Assembly (NCBI RefSeq): GCF_001194135.2
Contig: NC_068981.1
Span: forward strand, 115,391,245 to 115,455,244
DNA length: 64,000 nt
From: Octopus bimaculoides
Taxonomy: Eukaryota
Direction of reading: 5' to 3'
Position numbers and translations under genes: made by a program. Position 1 is the stretch's first letter, and each line of letters begins with the position of its first letter. Of the stretch, positions 37,829 through 52,004 are shown piece after piece. Under the pieces are notes generated by a model. It was not told the DNA's origin, did no database searches, and saw nothing but the letters and a program-made list of their open reading frames with translations.

Positions 37829-40071
37829 ATTATTAGCATTTTAAACTATAATCACTGGCTCTGCTGCAGCCTATTATTTGCAATTAGTTCACGTATGTAG
37901 AGTCTCTAATAGCGTAAATTGTAGTATATACTTTCTTCGATGAACATTTATCATTGCGATCGGTGAGAGCCGATCACAATTTTTATATGGAGAATAGGTA
38001 TTCACATCTGAAGAGATGTGACTTCAATTGTGAGTGAGCAAATGAAAAATAAATACATCTCTCTCACTAACTACAATTGCGACTTTTGTACAGTCAGACT
38101 TATCAGAAATTTGTTTTCCTATGTAAATGATCAGTGGTCTCCTTTTAGAAAATGACGTTGACACTCTTCATATTAGCAAAAGTTTTGACCTTATTTGCTT
38201 TCACAAACGCTGTGGCTTTCATTAGGCTCGCATCTTTTGTATCGAGAATATTTTGCCAGATTGCTCTTTCGCAATGTGTGCTGATGAAATTCTCTCCAGC
38301 CTGGATTCTTTCAGCTATAATATATCTCTAGGCTCGGTTATATGTCCACTTTCCTTGAGACCCAGCAAGTAAAAAGTAATCAAAATGATAAAATAGTAAG
38401 TTGATCAAGTTTTTCCTTCGTCGTATATATGACATCCTAGCCGTAACGTATAAACTTCTATCATTCACCCGCTAAAGATATTTAAATAACTCGGGCAAAA
38501 GTGCTATTTCATCCTTAAAATGATCTTTAGCAAATAGAATTATTTAAAATGGTCTGGAACGAAGGAGATCCTATTTCGCAAAAGCATTAATAAATAAAAT
38601 AAAATAAAAATAACGACGGGCATTGAGGATATATTCTATAATATCATTTGCTTGACAGAAAACTGTATTTATGAGAAACAGAATCTCATAGAACTGACGA
38701 TGGAAGTATAGAATATAGTTTAATGTATTACGCGCGCGCGCGCGTTGGTGGTGTCTGTTTATGATAACGTTATCTAATATATCGTTTATTTATGAAGGTA
38801 GTACGCTATTGGCAAGAAATTGGTCTGCTCCTTCTATCAGATAGAAATACTGTGTAGAGGACTCGTCCGATTAGTCATATCATAGACATCTTGTATTTAT
38901 TGCAGTAATTCTGTCTTGATATTCAAGACCTGAAAAATTGAATCCCAATCGAAAAACTTGAAAGTTCGAACACAGTTGGTGTAACTAGGACAAACTGAAC
39001 AACATTTTGCTGAACAATCATATTAAAGGAGGTCAATGGAAGAACATTTGATATAAATATTTGAAATATTCTTCCAATTTAAGAACGTAAAATTGACGTA
39101 ACAATTCATCTAAAGCAGGACTATATTTGCCGTGTCAATATATAACATAACTTCTTTTTTTTTTCTATTTGTGTAGGAGGCAAAATCATTTTAGTGGTGA
39201 TAAAAATATGTGAAAATTTACTTTTCGCAATTAGACACACTATCTTGGAAACTACAAAACTAATTATTCTGTCGACAGCTGTTGGTAGCATGCCATCAGC
39301 CTTTCAATTTAAGGGATATTTGCTATGCTGCAAATAGAAATAAGCGTATAAAAATATATTGGACTTTCCCTTGTTATGCTACGTTATAAAACTGTCATGT
39401 AGAGCCATCGACTTAACTTGATTTTCAACAATCAACATTTAGACGCATATACTGGGGTGAAGTATTGAAAATGAAGGTTTTTTCTTTTTAAAGATTTCGA
39501 TTTCTTTTAATAGTCCTTTTAATAGATTTATATTTGACGTTGTATTTGCATGTATTTATAATTTTATATTAGATGTAATATTTAGGATCAGTGCCAGATT
39601 AGGGATGTTATTCTTCGTAGCACTTTATTTATAGATTTCATATTTATGTTCCAAATTAAACAATCCTATTTCTGAAATTATTAAGCGCAATGAAACATCG
39701 CAAACGGAAATGTTAGTTTTTTTTTCTTTTTTTTCACGCTCTGTTATCTTCCATTATTTTAGGGTGTGTTATTAGTAATTGGGGATTGGCTGTAAAGAGA
39801 TAATAGAGAGAAGGGTTTAAGCAAACATTCGAAAGAGTGTGTAAGTGGCGAGTGTAACATAGCAGTTTTGAACTCAAATTAAGTAGTGTGTGTGTGTGTA
39901 TGTGTGTGTGTGTGCGCGCATGTTTGTGTATGTATGTGTGTTTGGAAGAGAATGTGATCCAGTGGTATGAGAAGCGACGGGTACAGTCTTAAGCATGAAT
40001 ATATGAAGGTATATTTATGCATAATTGCATATGTTCGTAAAAGCAGCTTAAATTTTCTGAGTGCGCGCGGC

Positions 40072-40122
<51 letters not shown>

Positions 40123-40474
40123 ATAATCTTAATCTAAGGACTAAGAAGACAGCTATTCAATGAATCATAGTTCATTTTTATTTGACTCTTAAATGCAGCA
40201 CCTGAATAGGCGTTCAAAGTTACTCGACTCTCAGCAAGATAGCCTTATATTATAAATGCTAGATATTGGATCATTAAATTCGGTGATGAAAAAATGCAAT
40301 TGGGAAAAGTAACAAAAAAAAAATAATACCTTAATCTTATTATATCTTATATTTAAATTAATTACAATTCTATATAGTTCACGTGAGTGACCATTTGGAC
40401 TTCACATCTCATAACATATCCACATTTGGTAAAGTATTTCAACAGTTTGACTTGGGACTAAAGAAAATGAATAA

Positions 40475-40866
40475 AATTTTAGCCATTAAACTGCGGTCAT
40501 GCTGGGAAACCACCTTGAAGAAGTTTTAATCGGATGAATTCACCCCAGTGCTTATTTAAAAAAAATCTGGTACTTATACTACTGGTCTCTTTTGCCGAAC
40601 CTCTAAGTTACAAGGACGTAAACTTACCAGCAGCGGTTGTCAAGCAGTGGTAGTGGGGGAAAAAAACAGACATTAAGGCACACATAAACACACACACTCA
40701 CATATATATGGGCTTTTTTCAGTTTCCGTCTACCAAATCCGCTCACGAGGCTTTATTCGGCCCGCGGTTATAGAAGAAGACACTTGCCCAAGGTGCCACG
40801 CAGTGGGACTGAACCCGGAATCATGTGAATGCGAAGCAAGCTTCTTACCACACAGCCACACCTGTC
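40475..40866 (-). mobile_element. SINE family A, full copy
   Basis: Colinear with 57174-57556. Confidence 0.85.
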
Positions 40867-41699
40867 TAAATTTTTTAATTTGATATTTTTCACTCTGTAC
40901 TTTCCTTCCTTAAATAATGAAATATTCTGTGAGAAATAAAGGAAGTACTATTATGATCTTTATTATTTATGATTTAAGAAATGCATGAAGAACTTCCTCT
41001 CTTATAATAAAAACGAATTATATAAGCCTGAGAAACGGGCATAAAAATGTTTAAAGTCAACAGATACTGTTAGAATCCATTATCGATATTTACATATCTT
41101 ACCTAGCACAGTGATTTTTTGTGTCATTCCAGATGTATCAATTACAAACAAGATAACAGTCACATTTCTTAACTGTGATAACCAAGACAAGTGATTCACA
41201 GCATTATATCCATTTGATATTACCTGTATCAATCATCACTATTGTCATTTTTGTTGCAGGAAATGATATCAAGTTTATTATTTGTTACATAGTGGCCTAA
41301 CATTTTTAATTTTGAAGACGGTTTGAGGTTTATATGAATCCCACATATTTTGTTTTATCTTGAAGAAATTTTATAGGGGTTTCTACTGCACCACGAGATA
41401 CACCTCTGTTTTCCTGTCGTATTGTCTTTTGGAGATTTAGAATATAAAATTGTGTTTGTATACTAGATCATGTTTATTTTGGTGAGAGGGGTGTGAGATT
41501 TCTTACTGTTAACAGTTTTATTTTAGCTTTTCGCTTATTTGTTTTGGAGGGTATGTACAATCAATGTGAAGCTGTGTTATTTTGTTGGGTGGTGTTTGGG
41601 TCTCGTTTATGCTCTTTGAGTTTATGTATTATATTATTAGCTGGTGATTGTGAAGAGTATGTGAGAGTATAGGTCATGATATTTTGATGGATGCCGATT

Positions 41700-42800
41700 G
41701 TTTAGATATGTGTTGAATGAATCGTGTTATATGAATGGGTGGAAGAAAATGTGTAGAATGTGAGTTGTTGGTGTTATAGTATCGGGTGACCATTATGTAA
41801 AAATATATGCAGTGTTATTTTATTGGGGACGGTTGTTAAATTATGGGTGTGTGTGCACTGGGCGTGTAGTGTTTGGGCTGTCTGTTCTTTGTACAAAGCT
41901 TGATAAGTTTTCGTATATGATGGTGATGGCGTTAATAATTTCGCCTGGGATATTGTAGTTCAACAGGATATGTAACACGGCCCATCTGTTGACACTAACA
42001 TATGCCTTGAAGAAATCCACGAATACAAGTGATTCATTTTGCTTGTAAATTCTGAGTTCTTTTATTATTCTTCTAAAAGTAAGGATTGGTGGTTGTTTTG
42101 ATTTGGCTTTGTGGAAGTCGTTTTGGTTCCGTCGTAGGATGGAATTACTATGAAGGAAAATTCTTACCAAGATGATGTAGTTGCCGATTTCTGCAACTAT
42201 ATCACAGGTGACTGTGTTTTAATTCTGAGGCATTTATTCTACTTTAGAAGTGGAATAGTTGATGACTATTTATTTTATAGATGCCGTTACAGAAGTACAA
42301 CAGCTGTGTGTGAAAAAGATGCATGTTATCTAAAATTGTGTCTGGATTGTTTTAATTTTTTTATGCCTTTTTTAAACCTCTTCTATGATAAGCAGACCCG
42401 TCCCGATCGGTAGGCTTTCTGTTACTCAAATCTAGTGTTGTATAGCTCTAAACGTGCTGACAGAAAAGGAGACATCACAATGCACAAATGCGACTGTACC
42501 ATCTTTGTCTGCATATAGGATTGCAACTTTTGTGAATATTTAGGAACATTCCTTCATTTTATAGGGAATCAAAAGTGATCGGGGACTCTAGCTTTAGTGT
42601 TGTTGCGTTGTGAATTCATATTGTCAACATGCTGATAGCCTACCAAGGGTGCAACGTTTTGAGCAACACTTTTCTGTTTGGGCTGGTACCTTAACCTTTG
42701 ATGTCCATAATCTAATCCGCAAGGTAGAAATTCCTTCTCTGTTTGGGTGTTGTCTAATAGCTTTTACCTTCCTAGTTCCTCCAGCAAGGCAATAGGCACT
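41700..42800 (-). mobile_element. Degraded RTE-like LINE RT fragment
   Basis: ORF 41841-42170: LRRNQNDF...ILTFRRII...LVFVDFFKAY.SVNR...IL..Y.IP..II.AI..IYEN (N-terminal RT blocks). Boundaries approximate. Confidence 0.7.
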
Positions 42801-43267
42801 ATTTGATCACAGCTAGTTACCGGTTACTGCCAAATTCAGAAATCTGTACTGAGTTGAAGTGGCTTAGTGATTTAGTAATTCGGCTTACTCGATTCTTCTT
42901 GTAGGTGCAATTGTTGCAGCTCAGAATAGACAAATGTGTAGTGTCACTTCATTCTTCTTAAAACCTAGGCCCTAACAACAGATGTTTAAAGTTATATTGA
43001 GAAATTATGTAGTAAGTGCCTTTGGGAAACATATGACCAGTGCACTTCCGAACCCATGTTCAAAAGTATATTTTCTGATTAACGAGAAGTAGAAACAGAA
43101 ACTATGGTTAAGATTTCTTTTTTTATGATATGTGCTCATTTCGGGCCGTAATTAACTTTCGTTCGCTTCAGTTGTATTTTCGAAAAATTAGCTACCAGAC
43201 TTCAACGTTTTATAAAATCAAACATTTGTTGCTCTGCACCAGTGTAACTTATCATAATCTAATATAA

Positions 43268-43483
43268 ATTCTTTCTACTATAGGAACAAGGGCTGAACTC
43301 TTGTGGGAGGGGGCGAGTCGATTATATCGACCCCAGTGCTCAACTGGTATTTATTTTATCGACTCTGAAAGGTTGAAAAGCAAAGTCCACCTCGTCGGAG
43401 CTTGAGCTCAGAACACAAAGACTGACGAAATGCTGCTACACATTTTGTCCGGCGTGCTAACGATTCTACTCGTTCACCGCCTC
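43268..43483 (-). mobile_element. SINE family B
   Basis: Colinear reverse copy. Confidence 0.8.
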
Positions 43484-44479
43484 ATCATCTAATAATAATA
43501 ACAATGATTTATTATTCTTGTACAGGGATGAGTGAATAAGACCTCCATTATAACCACTACTACCACCAAAATTGCGGTGCCGTCATCGTCGTCATCGTCG
43601 TCGTCGTCATCATCATTCTTTGTCGTTAAATGCGTCTGCAAACATGTAATTTAGCTTTTTTGAACTATAGAAATAATAGGTACTGTAATAAAAGGAAGAA
43701 AGAAAACAAATGAGATAAAAGATCACCTGTAATTCCTTTACTATTTAACGGATCGGCACATTTGTTTTGCTTTATTTGATGTAAGATTACACTTCAGCAA
43801 TCAAACGTGTTATATTTTAATCTTTCGAGCAAAAAAAAGAAGAAAAAAAGTGACTGAATCAAATTCCATTAAATAACAGAATATATTTAGATCATTATGT
43901 GCGTATGAAAATGTGTATTATTCATCTATTTCTTTTTTATTGCCTTTGTAAATGAATAAATATAAAATGTAAAAAGATATATTTTGAAGTTTGCGAAATA
44001 ATGTACGTAACCATGTTACGCTCAAACGCACACATTCACAAACACAAATTTACATGGATGAAAGCATCTACAAAATGATATCTAAAATAACAACAACAAT
44101 ATAAATAAGATTAATTTCTTTATTTGTGACGACGGTGATATTTAAATTTATTCAAGAAGATAAAATATTTAGTGTGTAGCTTGAAATATCAATCTGCAAA
44201 ATACATAATAAAAAAATTCAAAATGTAAAGTTATGCCGGCGTATAATATAATCATCCATTCATAATTATACATATATTCTCACGTATATAAACTCGTATA
44301 TACACATCATGCATATGCGGATGTTGGAACACATGACGTATATTCACGTACATAGCACACACGCGCACACACACACACACACACATACACACACACACGT
44401 ACAAGAGCTAAACTGCCACGGTTATCTCAAAAGATGGGATTGGTGGCATTTTAGGGTCTTTGTTCAGAGAAAAAGGGGA

Positions 44480-46185
44480 AAAAGGAATTGATGACCATCT
44501 ATCATACCACCACACTCCTGGAAGTTGTGGTAAAGTGCTTATTAGACTTTTGTTGAACAGGCCGAAGGAAATTATCAGTCCTATAATCATTCCTGAAATA
44601 TAAAGTCGCTTTTGATGAGGTACAGGTAAAATCAACATGATAGTCTCTGCTAGACAGATACAAGTGAAATACACTGAACACCAGGCACCTGAAGTTTTTG
44701 TTGATGCAACAAAAGCTTTTTATATAGTTGAAAGAAATGCACTGTAGACAATCTTTGGAAAGATCGGATGCCCCCCACTCTTTGTCGGTATGTTTATGCA
44801 TTTGCACCGAGACATGAAAGCTCAAGTCGTCTTTTAATGGAAAATTTTCTTACAAAGTTCCGATTGACAATGAAGGCAATATTCCTGTTCCCATACTCCT
44901 TTCGATATTCTTTTCTATTCTGCTTACACATGCTTTCTACGACCGTGATATGGGCGTCCTCTTACTGTACGAGTATCCAATTTGGGAAAGCTCAACTTGG
45001 AGTCGGAAACACTTGAAACTTTCGTCAAGGAACTCCTTTATGCAGATGATGTTGACTTCCTAGCTTTCTCTGCTGACGACACACAACGCACTATGAACCT
45101 TCTTGCTGATTTATTTACGGCCTGTAATCTTAGAATTAAGCCGAAAATGAGCATCGTAATGTTCACACCTGCATCAGGCGAAATGTAAGTCGAGCTAGAC
45201 ATCGTAGTATACGATACAAAATTGGGTGTTGTTAACATTTTTGTTTACCTGGGCAGCATGTTGTCAGGGGATGTAGAAATACATCTGCGCATTCAGGAAG
45301 TATCTGTAATATTTGGGAAGCTTGAAAAGAGAGACTGGGAAAATAGTAGCATGACCAGGATCAGACGGCTCTAGTGTACTCTTCTGAAACCTGGACAGTA
45401 CATGATGGAGTACTTTAATCAGAAGTGTTTGAGACGCATAGTCAACATCAAATATCAAAATAAAACAACTGACACAGAAAACCTTGTAAAAATAGGAAGC
45501 AGAAGTATCTAGTTACTCATCATATCAACTCAGACACATTGGACTGGTATGGTGTACGTATGGAAGATAATATGATTCCAAAGCAACTGTTCTGCGATTA
45601 ACTGTGCACAGGAATGTGCCCTCAGCACAATCCGAAAAAGGAACAAAGACAGCATACGAGGCAACCTGAAGGAATTGCGAATCGATGTAAATTTCTGGGA
45701 AGAGTTAATTTTGGAAAGAACTGAACATATATATGAAGGTTGTAAAACTTTCGAAGATGATCGCCTTGTGCACGAACGGCTTTGGCTTCCGATGAGCTGT
45801 CATGAGAACCTCAATGTGTGGCAGTGTACTCCTCTCTAAGGCTGGGAGTCACAACCATTTGAAGCTCCATGAAAAGTCAACTCTATCACACGGCCTTCCT
45901 TCTAAGCCGGGTAATTAGACGCGTACAATTTATGAAAAGCTTGCAAGTCGATTTCGGGTTTGAAGAAACATATGGCGATCCACTGATATCGTATCTCACA
46001 AAGTGACCCGATCAATCCCGTGTAAGTCACAACTATCGTCTGTCACCTATGCTTCAAACAGTGCACATCTGCAGCCGTATTCAATAGTTATCTGAGAGGT
46101 TACAAACAGAAGGCCAGAAATGCCATTGATAACGGAGAGGCTCAGGCAGGCAGCAATAATCTGTGAAGATGAAGCAATCACTATA
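44480..46185 (+). mobile_element. Degraded RTE-clade LINE (RT to 3' end)
   Basis: ELLYADDVDFLA motif in ORF 44982-45188, followed by frameshifted thumb and C-terminal remnants. The 3' end ATCTGTGAAGATGAAGCAATCA resembles the 3' end of the copy at about 61385. Confidence 0.8.
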
Positions 46186-46544
46186 TATATATATATATAT
46201 ATNNNNNNNNNNNNNNNNNNNNNNNNNNNNNNNNNNNNNNNNNNNNNNNNNNNNNNNNNNNNNNNNNNNNNNNNNNNNNNNNNNNNNNNNNNNNNNNNNN
46301 NNNNNNNNNNNNNNNNNNNNNNNNNNNNNNNNNNNNNNNNNNNNNNNNNNNNNNNNNNNNNNNNNNNNNNNNNNNNNNNNNNNNNNNNNNNNNNNNNNNN
46401 NNNNNNNNNNNNNNNNNNNNNNNNNNNNNNNNNNNNNNNNNNNNNNNNNNNNNNNNNNNNNNNNNNNNNNNNNNNNNNNNNNNNNNNNNNNNNNNNNNNN
46501 NNNNNNNNNNNNNNNNNNNNNNNNNNNNNNNNNNNNNNNNNNNN

Positions 46545-46583
<39 letters not shown>

Positions 46584-46682
46584 ATCAGCATGGCCGCAGC
46601 TCTGAGCTGAAACTTTGAAATGAAATATATATATGTATGTATATATGTGTATATATATATGTATATATGTGTGTATATATAT

Positions 46683-47015
46683 TCTTTTATTCTTTTACTT
46701 GTTTCAGTCATATGACTGCAGTCAGGCTAGAGCATCAACTTTAGTCGTGAAAATCGACCCCTAGTACTTATTCTATCGGTCGCTTTTTGCCGAACCATTA
46801 AGTTACGGGGATGTAAACACATCAGCATCGGATGTCAAGTGATGTGGGGGGTGGACAAACACAGACACACAAATACATACATATATATATACATACATAC
46901 ATATATACGACGGACTTCTTTCAGTTTCCGTCTACCAAATCTATTCACACAGTGGGACAAACCTGGACCATGTGGTTGGTAAGCAAGCTACTTACCACAC
47001 AGCCACTTCTGCGCC
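46683..47015 (-). mobile_element. SINE family A, near-full copy with internal deletion
   Basis: Colinear with other family-A copies. Confidence 0.8.
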
Positions 47016-47213
47016 TAAATTATATATATAATTATATTATATATATATAATTACTACGAAGCATTGTGTCGAATACATTGTATAAAGGATCGTGTGTAAG
47101 GCCAGAACAATGGGAAGTAAGTGCAAGGCAAATCACAAGAAAACAAATATATGAATTAATGTAGACTTACCTTGCATTCAATATTTCGGAGTTTTGACCC
47201 CATTTTGAAGAAA

Positions 47214-47705
47214 TTAACGAAGTTTGCCGATGTGAGCGTGTGTGGAGTGGACATCCCCGGAAAAGTGTTGCTGTAGCAACCAGCTAGCTTCCTGTAACTC
47301 TCTTCTGTTGTTGATATTTGGTTTTCTTTGATGTATGAGGATGGCCTCAGAGATTCTAAGGTTGCTCCTGTTCCGCTGCGTTTCCTTGATGTACACTGTG
47401 AATTCTCGGATCTGGCATTTTCGTAGATGTTTCTTCACGGAAGTGTCTGCCTGCATGTGTTCCTTTATGCGTATATGCAGTTTTCTTGCTGTTCTTCCTG
47501 TGTAGGATGCGCTACATTTGCCACAAATGATCTCGTATACAATATACGTCCTCAATTCAGGGTCATTGATGGAGTAGTTCGACAATGTGCACTCCTTGGA
47601 GTAGTGAGAGGTTTTCTCAGGGAAGATCCTGGGAACGAGGTGTAGGAAGAAAGTTAGTTTCGAGCAATCCGCAGTGAATATAAAACAAACAACTTTCAAG
47701 AACAA
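47214..47705 (-). mobile_element. Penelope-like element 3' fragment encoding a GIY-YIG endonuclease
   Basis: ORF contains IVYEIICGKCSASYTGRTARKLHIRIKEH and RISEAILIHQRKPNIN, matching the PLE-type GIY-YIG (VY.I.C..C...Y.G.T.R.L..R..EH ... EA..I...P..N). No RT portion is recognisable. Confidence 0.85.
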
Positions 47706-49559
47706 TAGTGGTTTACTGAGACGGAAGGTTGCGGATTTAATCTCCTTTTATCGAAGAACGATGAGCTGAAAAAATTTCTTTTTATATTCCTCGATAGGCA
47801 ACTAGGTTTGCCGAGTGTGTGTGCGAAAAAAAATACAAGATTTACGGAATGGAGTATGGGAAATCCGGGTTACATATGTTTCATAGCGAGTGGAACCTCA
47901 CTTTCTATGAAACATATGTAGGCCGTATTTCTCTCTTTCTTTCTTTCTCCACTTTCTAGAATACCACCAGTAATACCTGTGAAGGTTTTCGCCTTCCCTT
48001 TCAATCACTAAGTCAGAATTACCCTTTTGTCACCCTAACGCTTAGAAAATGACCATAAGAATACAAAAAATGCTAAGCATGCAAGCTTTCTCGCTTCTCT
48101 AATTACAATTGAACCTTCAAGTTCATTACTGAGATGATCTCTGTTAAGTATATATACTTAATCTTCCTAGTCATCATTAGATGATTCTATAAAGAACATT
48201 TCCACGATTGAGCCTCTATGTGGTCGATCTATCTGCTATAAATAACTACCAAATTTCTACGAAATCACATCCGTCACTTTTAAAATGGGAAGAATACATT
48301 TCTCGATAACTGAAATGCTTTTGATCAGGAGCTAAAACAACTTATACATTAACTGCCTATTCGGTGGTCAACTCCGTTTTGCATACATTATTAACTTTCT
48401 CATCACAAACACTGCGCTTCTGTTACAGATCATATCCACAAACTTTTTAATCTGTTTCTCTCATGACAAGATTCTAATCCAACTTAAACAAATTCTCCGC
48501 AGTCATTGAAACAAAATAGAAATCTTTCTGATGAAACCAAATATTTTTCTATTTCTCTCAAACGATCCCAAAAGCAACATCGCTTACTTTCTTAAGTCCT
48601 GATCTCTCCTCAGTAAATCAACAGTAAAGTCACCATAGAGCCATATCGCGCGGATTATTGTTAACCATTATGATGCACTCGTATCCTCTTTTTCTTAGTT
48701 TCTTTCTCTGTAGAATTTCGGCAAACGTTCCCATCTCTCCTCTTAACATCATCTCCACATCGTTTTGACCTCAAATTTCACACCAAACACGCTCCTCAGT
48801 CCTTCCTCAGCTTGTTAGCTATCCACTCCCTGTTCATGTTTACTCAACAGATAACACCAGCAGAAGTTCAAACAAGGCCTCCTTTGGGAGTATATGCAAA
48901 TTTCATTGGTACTGACTTTCTTTTGGAAAAACAATAAAATTGTGTGATAGGTTATATATTCGGGTCAGACAGATAGGCAGACTGATAAGCAGATAAATAG
49001 AGGGATAAACAGATGGAGAGACAGTCAGACATAAAGACACAGAATTTCCTATTCATATAGATATGCTTCACTAAACACTTCTGTGAAATAAATTGTTGGT
49101 ATGGGAGTTAATTGTTTGGTTTAGAGTCACAAATCAGAGAAAATAAGAGATGTCAAAGGAAGACTAACACATCAGCTGTAAGGATCAGTAAGAAAATGTG
49201 AAGCGATGCATGTAAAATATGTAACGGAAATAAATGAATATAAAGAAAGAGGTTTGTTAGCCAAGGGTATAATGGAGTGGAATACGTTGAGACGAATTTC
49301 AATGTCTGAACTTGTGCATAATTATAGGTTTCCTGTTAACTCAAGCGCTGAGAGCGACAGTTAGCTGAGATGGTGAGGATATCAGAATACCAGTTGATTC
49401 TGACTTTTCAACATTACTAAGTATTAGCCATGTACAAAACACTTAACTCTGGCCAGCAGTCTTAGTCCATCGATGAATTCTACAAAGAACGTGATATTGT
49501 GTTAAAATAAGAAGCAATTCATATTTGAAACGAATAGACGCAAAACTGAACACTATGTA

Positions 49560-50240
49560 GTATTTAGGTCTAGTCGGAATTGATATTGCCTTTGATATTT
49601 TGGCAAAAATCTTAAACTCTGCCTTTAGCAATCGTATATAGCAGAATTTTTCCCTCCTTTTGGCATTCTTCCTTAAGAGTTACTCACCTGCGAACGTTTG
49701 CGGTTGTTATAGTCGTCTACCAAGAAAACTCGTAGAGCAGAACATCCAGGCTAATCAATTTACCGCTCTTACAACCACTCTCTGTCAACTGTTATCAATG
49801 ATCAAGAAAGGTAGAATAACATGTAATAAGGCACTAAGCAGTTTCAGAATCCGTGAGGGTAGGAAAGAAACTATGAACAGTATTCTTTCTGGCTGATTAG
49901 TCTTAGCCAAGAAAGAGTATATTTGCAGGAATGACAAATTTGGGAGTTTGACTGGAAGTTGAGCCAGCATTAGAAAATACCAGTGGAAAGGAAATAGCAT
50001 AAAAGCATGTTAGAAAAGGCCCTTACTCTGGGATATACAAATCCACTATGATAGGAAGATCAAACTTAATCAAACACATACTTCTGACAAAGATCTCTTA
50101 GAAAGGGTGTACCTTCTAACTGAAGCATCAGATCTAACAGAAGATAATGTATTTCTAAAAGAAATAGAGAAATTATCCAAATACAAAGGACTTGAAATAG
50201 AGACGACCAGAGTGTGAATACTGGAAATAGAAATATCTAC
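49560..50240 (+). mobile_element. Possible L1/Tx1-like RT relic
   Basis: Short translated blocks FDILAKIL and LISLSQERVY resemble the DYKILAK and LISLDQEKAF motifs. Heavily decayed. Confidence 0.3.
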
Positions 50241-51584
50241 AATGGGTTGTTTTGGAAATTATTCAAAAATGCTCGTGAAATGCGTAAATAAAACCTCAGG
50301 ACTTTATAATCTGTACACATTGCAGAAAACATTACTGTACTTACACTAGATATATTACAGAGACTGTGATAGCGGTGGTGGTGGTGACGACGACGACGCT
50401 GGCGACGGTGACGATGTTGTATTTGCCATCAGTACGTTGAATAACAGAGACAGATTACAAAAATTGTGAAGATTCTTGCCGAATCGGATGAAAGAAAAGA
50501 ACTGAATGAAATAAAAAAAAAAATATATATATATACAGAGTACAAATATGTGATATAGTCTGGCCTGAAAAGTATACATAGAGAGAGCAAGACCTCTTCT
50601 CGGGGTCAAGCCTTCAAAATCCAAGATCACTCTAATTACTAATGGCAATAATCATTCTTCGGTTTACAAGCGTATACTGAGAGTAGAACCATTCACTTGT
50701 GCCATGTTTACTAATGGGAGAAAATTCCTCCCTCTTCAATTTTAATTTCTAAGTGGAACAAAAAATCCTTTGAAAGGAATATATCTATTCTCAGTCCTTT
50801 CAATCTCATTCACCACAGACTTTTTCACCTTAGCGACGAAATAGAGGAAAACCGCCTGATCTTCAAGGTTCTTCAAAGTAGGCGGTGGGGCAATGATCCT
50901 GATGGGCCTTGTTCGTTGCTGATTCTGTCCTAGATGCGATATAATTCCACAAGTTGTGAAGTGCATGCAGGACCTTTTTTTTTTTCGCACTTTCATGACT
51001 GTACAGTTCAAACAGGTTAAACCGTCTTCTTCCTCTTTGCTGAATCAGTTATTTGCATTTAATTTCCCTAATGAAGGGAACCACTTTTGCAAGCACCCGG
51101 TGACTTTTTGTGAGTTTGCTTACAAAATGTAAGACACTTCTTTATAACATTTACTATGAGTTGTTGGTAAAAGCACACATTCCAAACAATAAAATGTAAA
51201 TAAAATCGTTTAGTTTAGCAGATGATGTTCCGCATAGACTTGTTGACGGGAGGAAAACTAATTACTTAGGTGATTATGTAATATTTTTTTATTTTGTTTT
51301 AAGTAAACGAAGATTGCAGAGTAATTTTTTTCTATTATTTACACACTCAGCTGCTTGAAAAAATTTATTACATGGCGACAAATTACGTAATTAAGGGCAA
51401 ATTTTCATTTCCGATGGTACTCATTATTTTATTGCACTACACTTCATAATCTTTTATAGTGCCACATTTCATTAACAGTGACACAGTGGGGATGGCAGTG
51501 GTTTTGAGATAAATTCAGGAATTACATGTTATTTAATTTGGTATATTCACAAATATATAAACTGTACTAAATTTCATGCATTCA

Positions 51585-52004
51585 AATACTGGTTTCAAAT
51601 TTTAGCTCAAAGCCAGCAATTTCGGGGTGGGGGGTGCTAGTCGATTAAATCGATGCCAGCGCTCAGCTGGTACTTATTTTATTGACCCCGAAAGGATGAA
51701 AGGCAAAATCGACCCCGGTGGCATTTGAACCCAGAACGAAAAGACGGACAAAATGTCGCAAAGCATTTTGCCCGACATGCCAGCTCACTGCTTTGATATA
51801 TTTAAATATTGGTTTCAAATTTTGGCACAAGGCCAGCAAGTTTAGGGGCAGGGTAGGTCAATTACATCGACCCCAGTGTTCGACTGGTACTTACTTCACC
51901 GACCCCGAAAGGATAAAAGGCAAAGTCGACCTCGTTGGCACTTGAACTCAGAACGTTAAGACGAACGATGCCCGGCGTGCTAACCATTCTACCGGCTCGC
52001 CGCT
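51585..52004 (-). mobile_element. Two SINE family B copies in tandem (about 51585-51790 and 51805-52004)
   Basis: Two consecutive colinear reverse copies. More decayed copies at about 21135-21260, 36490-36620 and 55625-55755. Confidence 0.8.
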
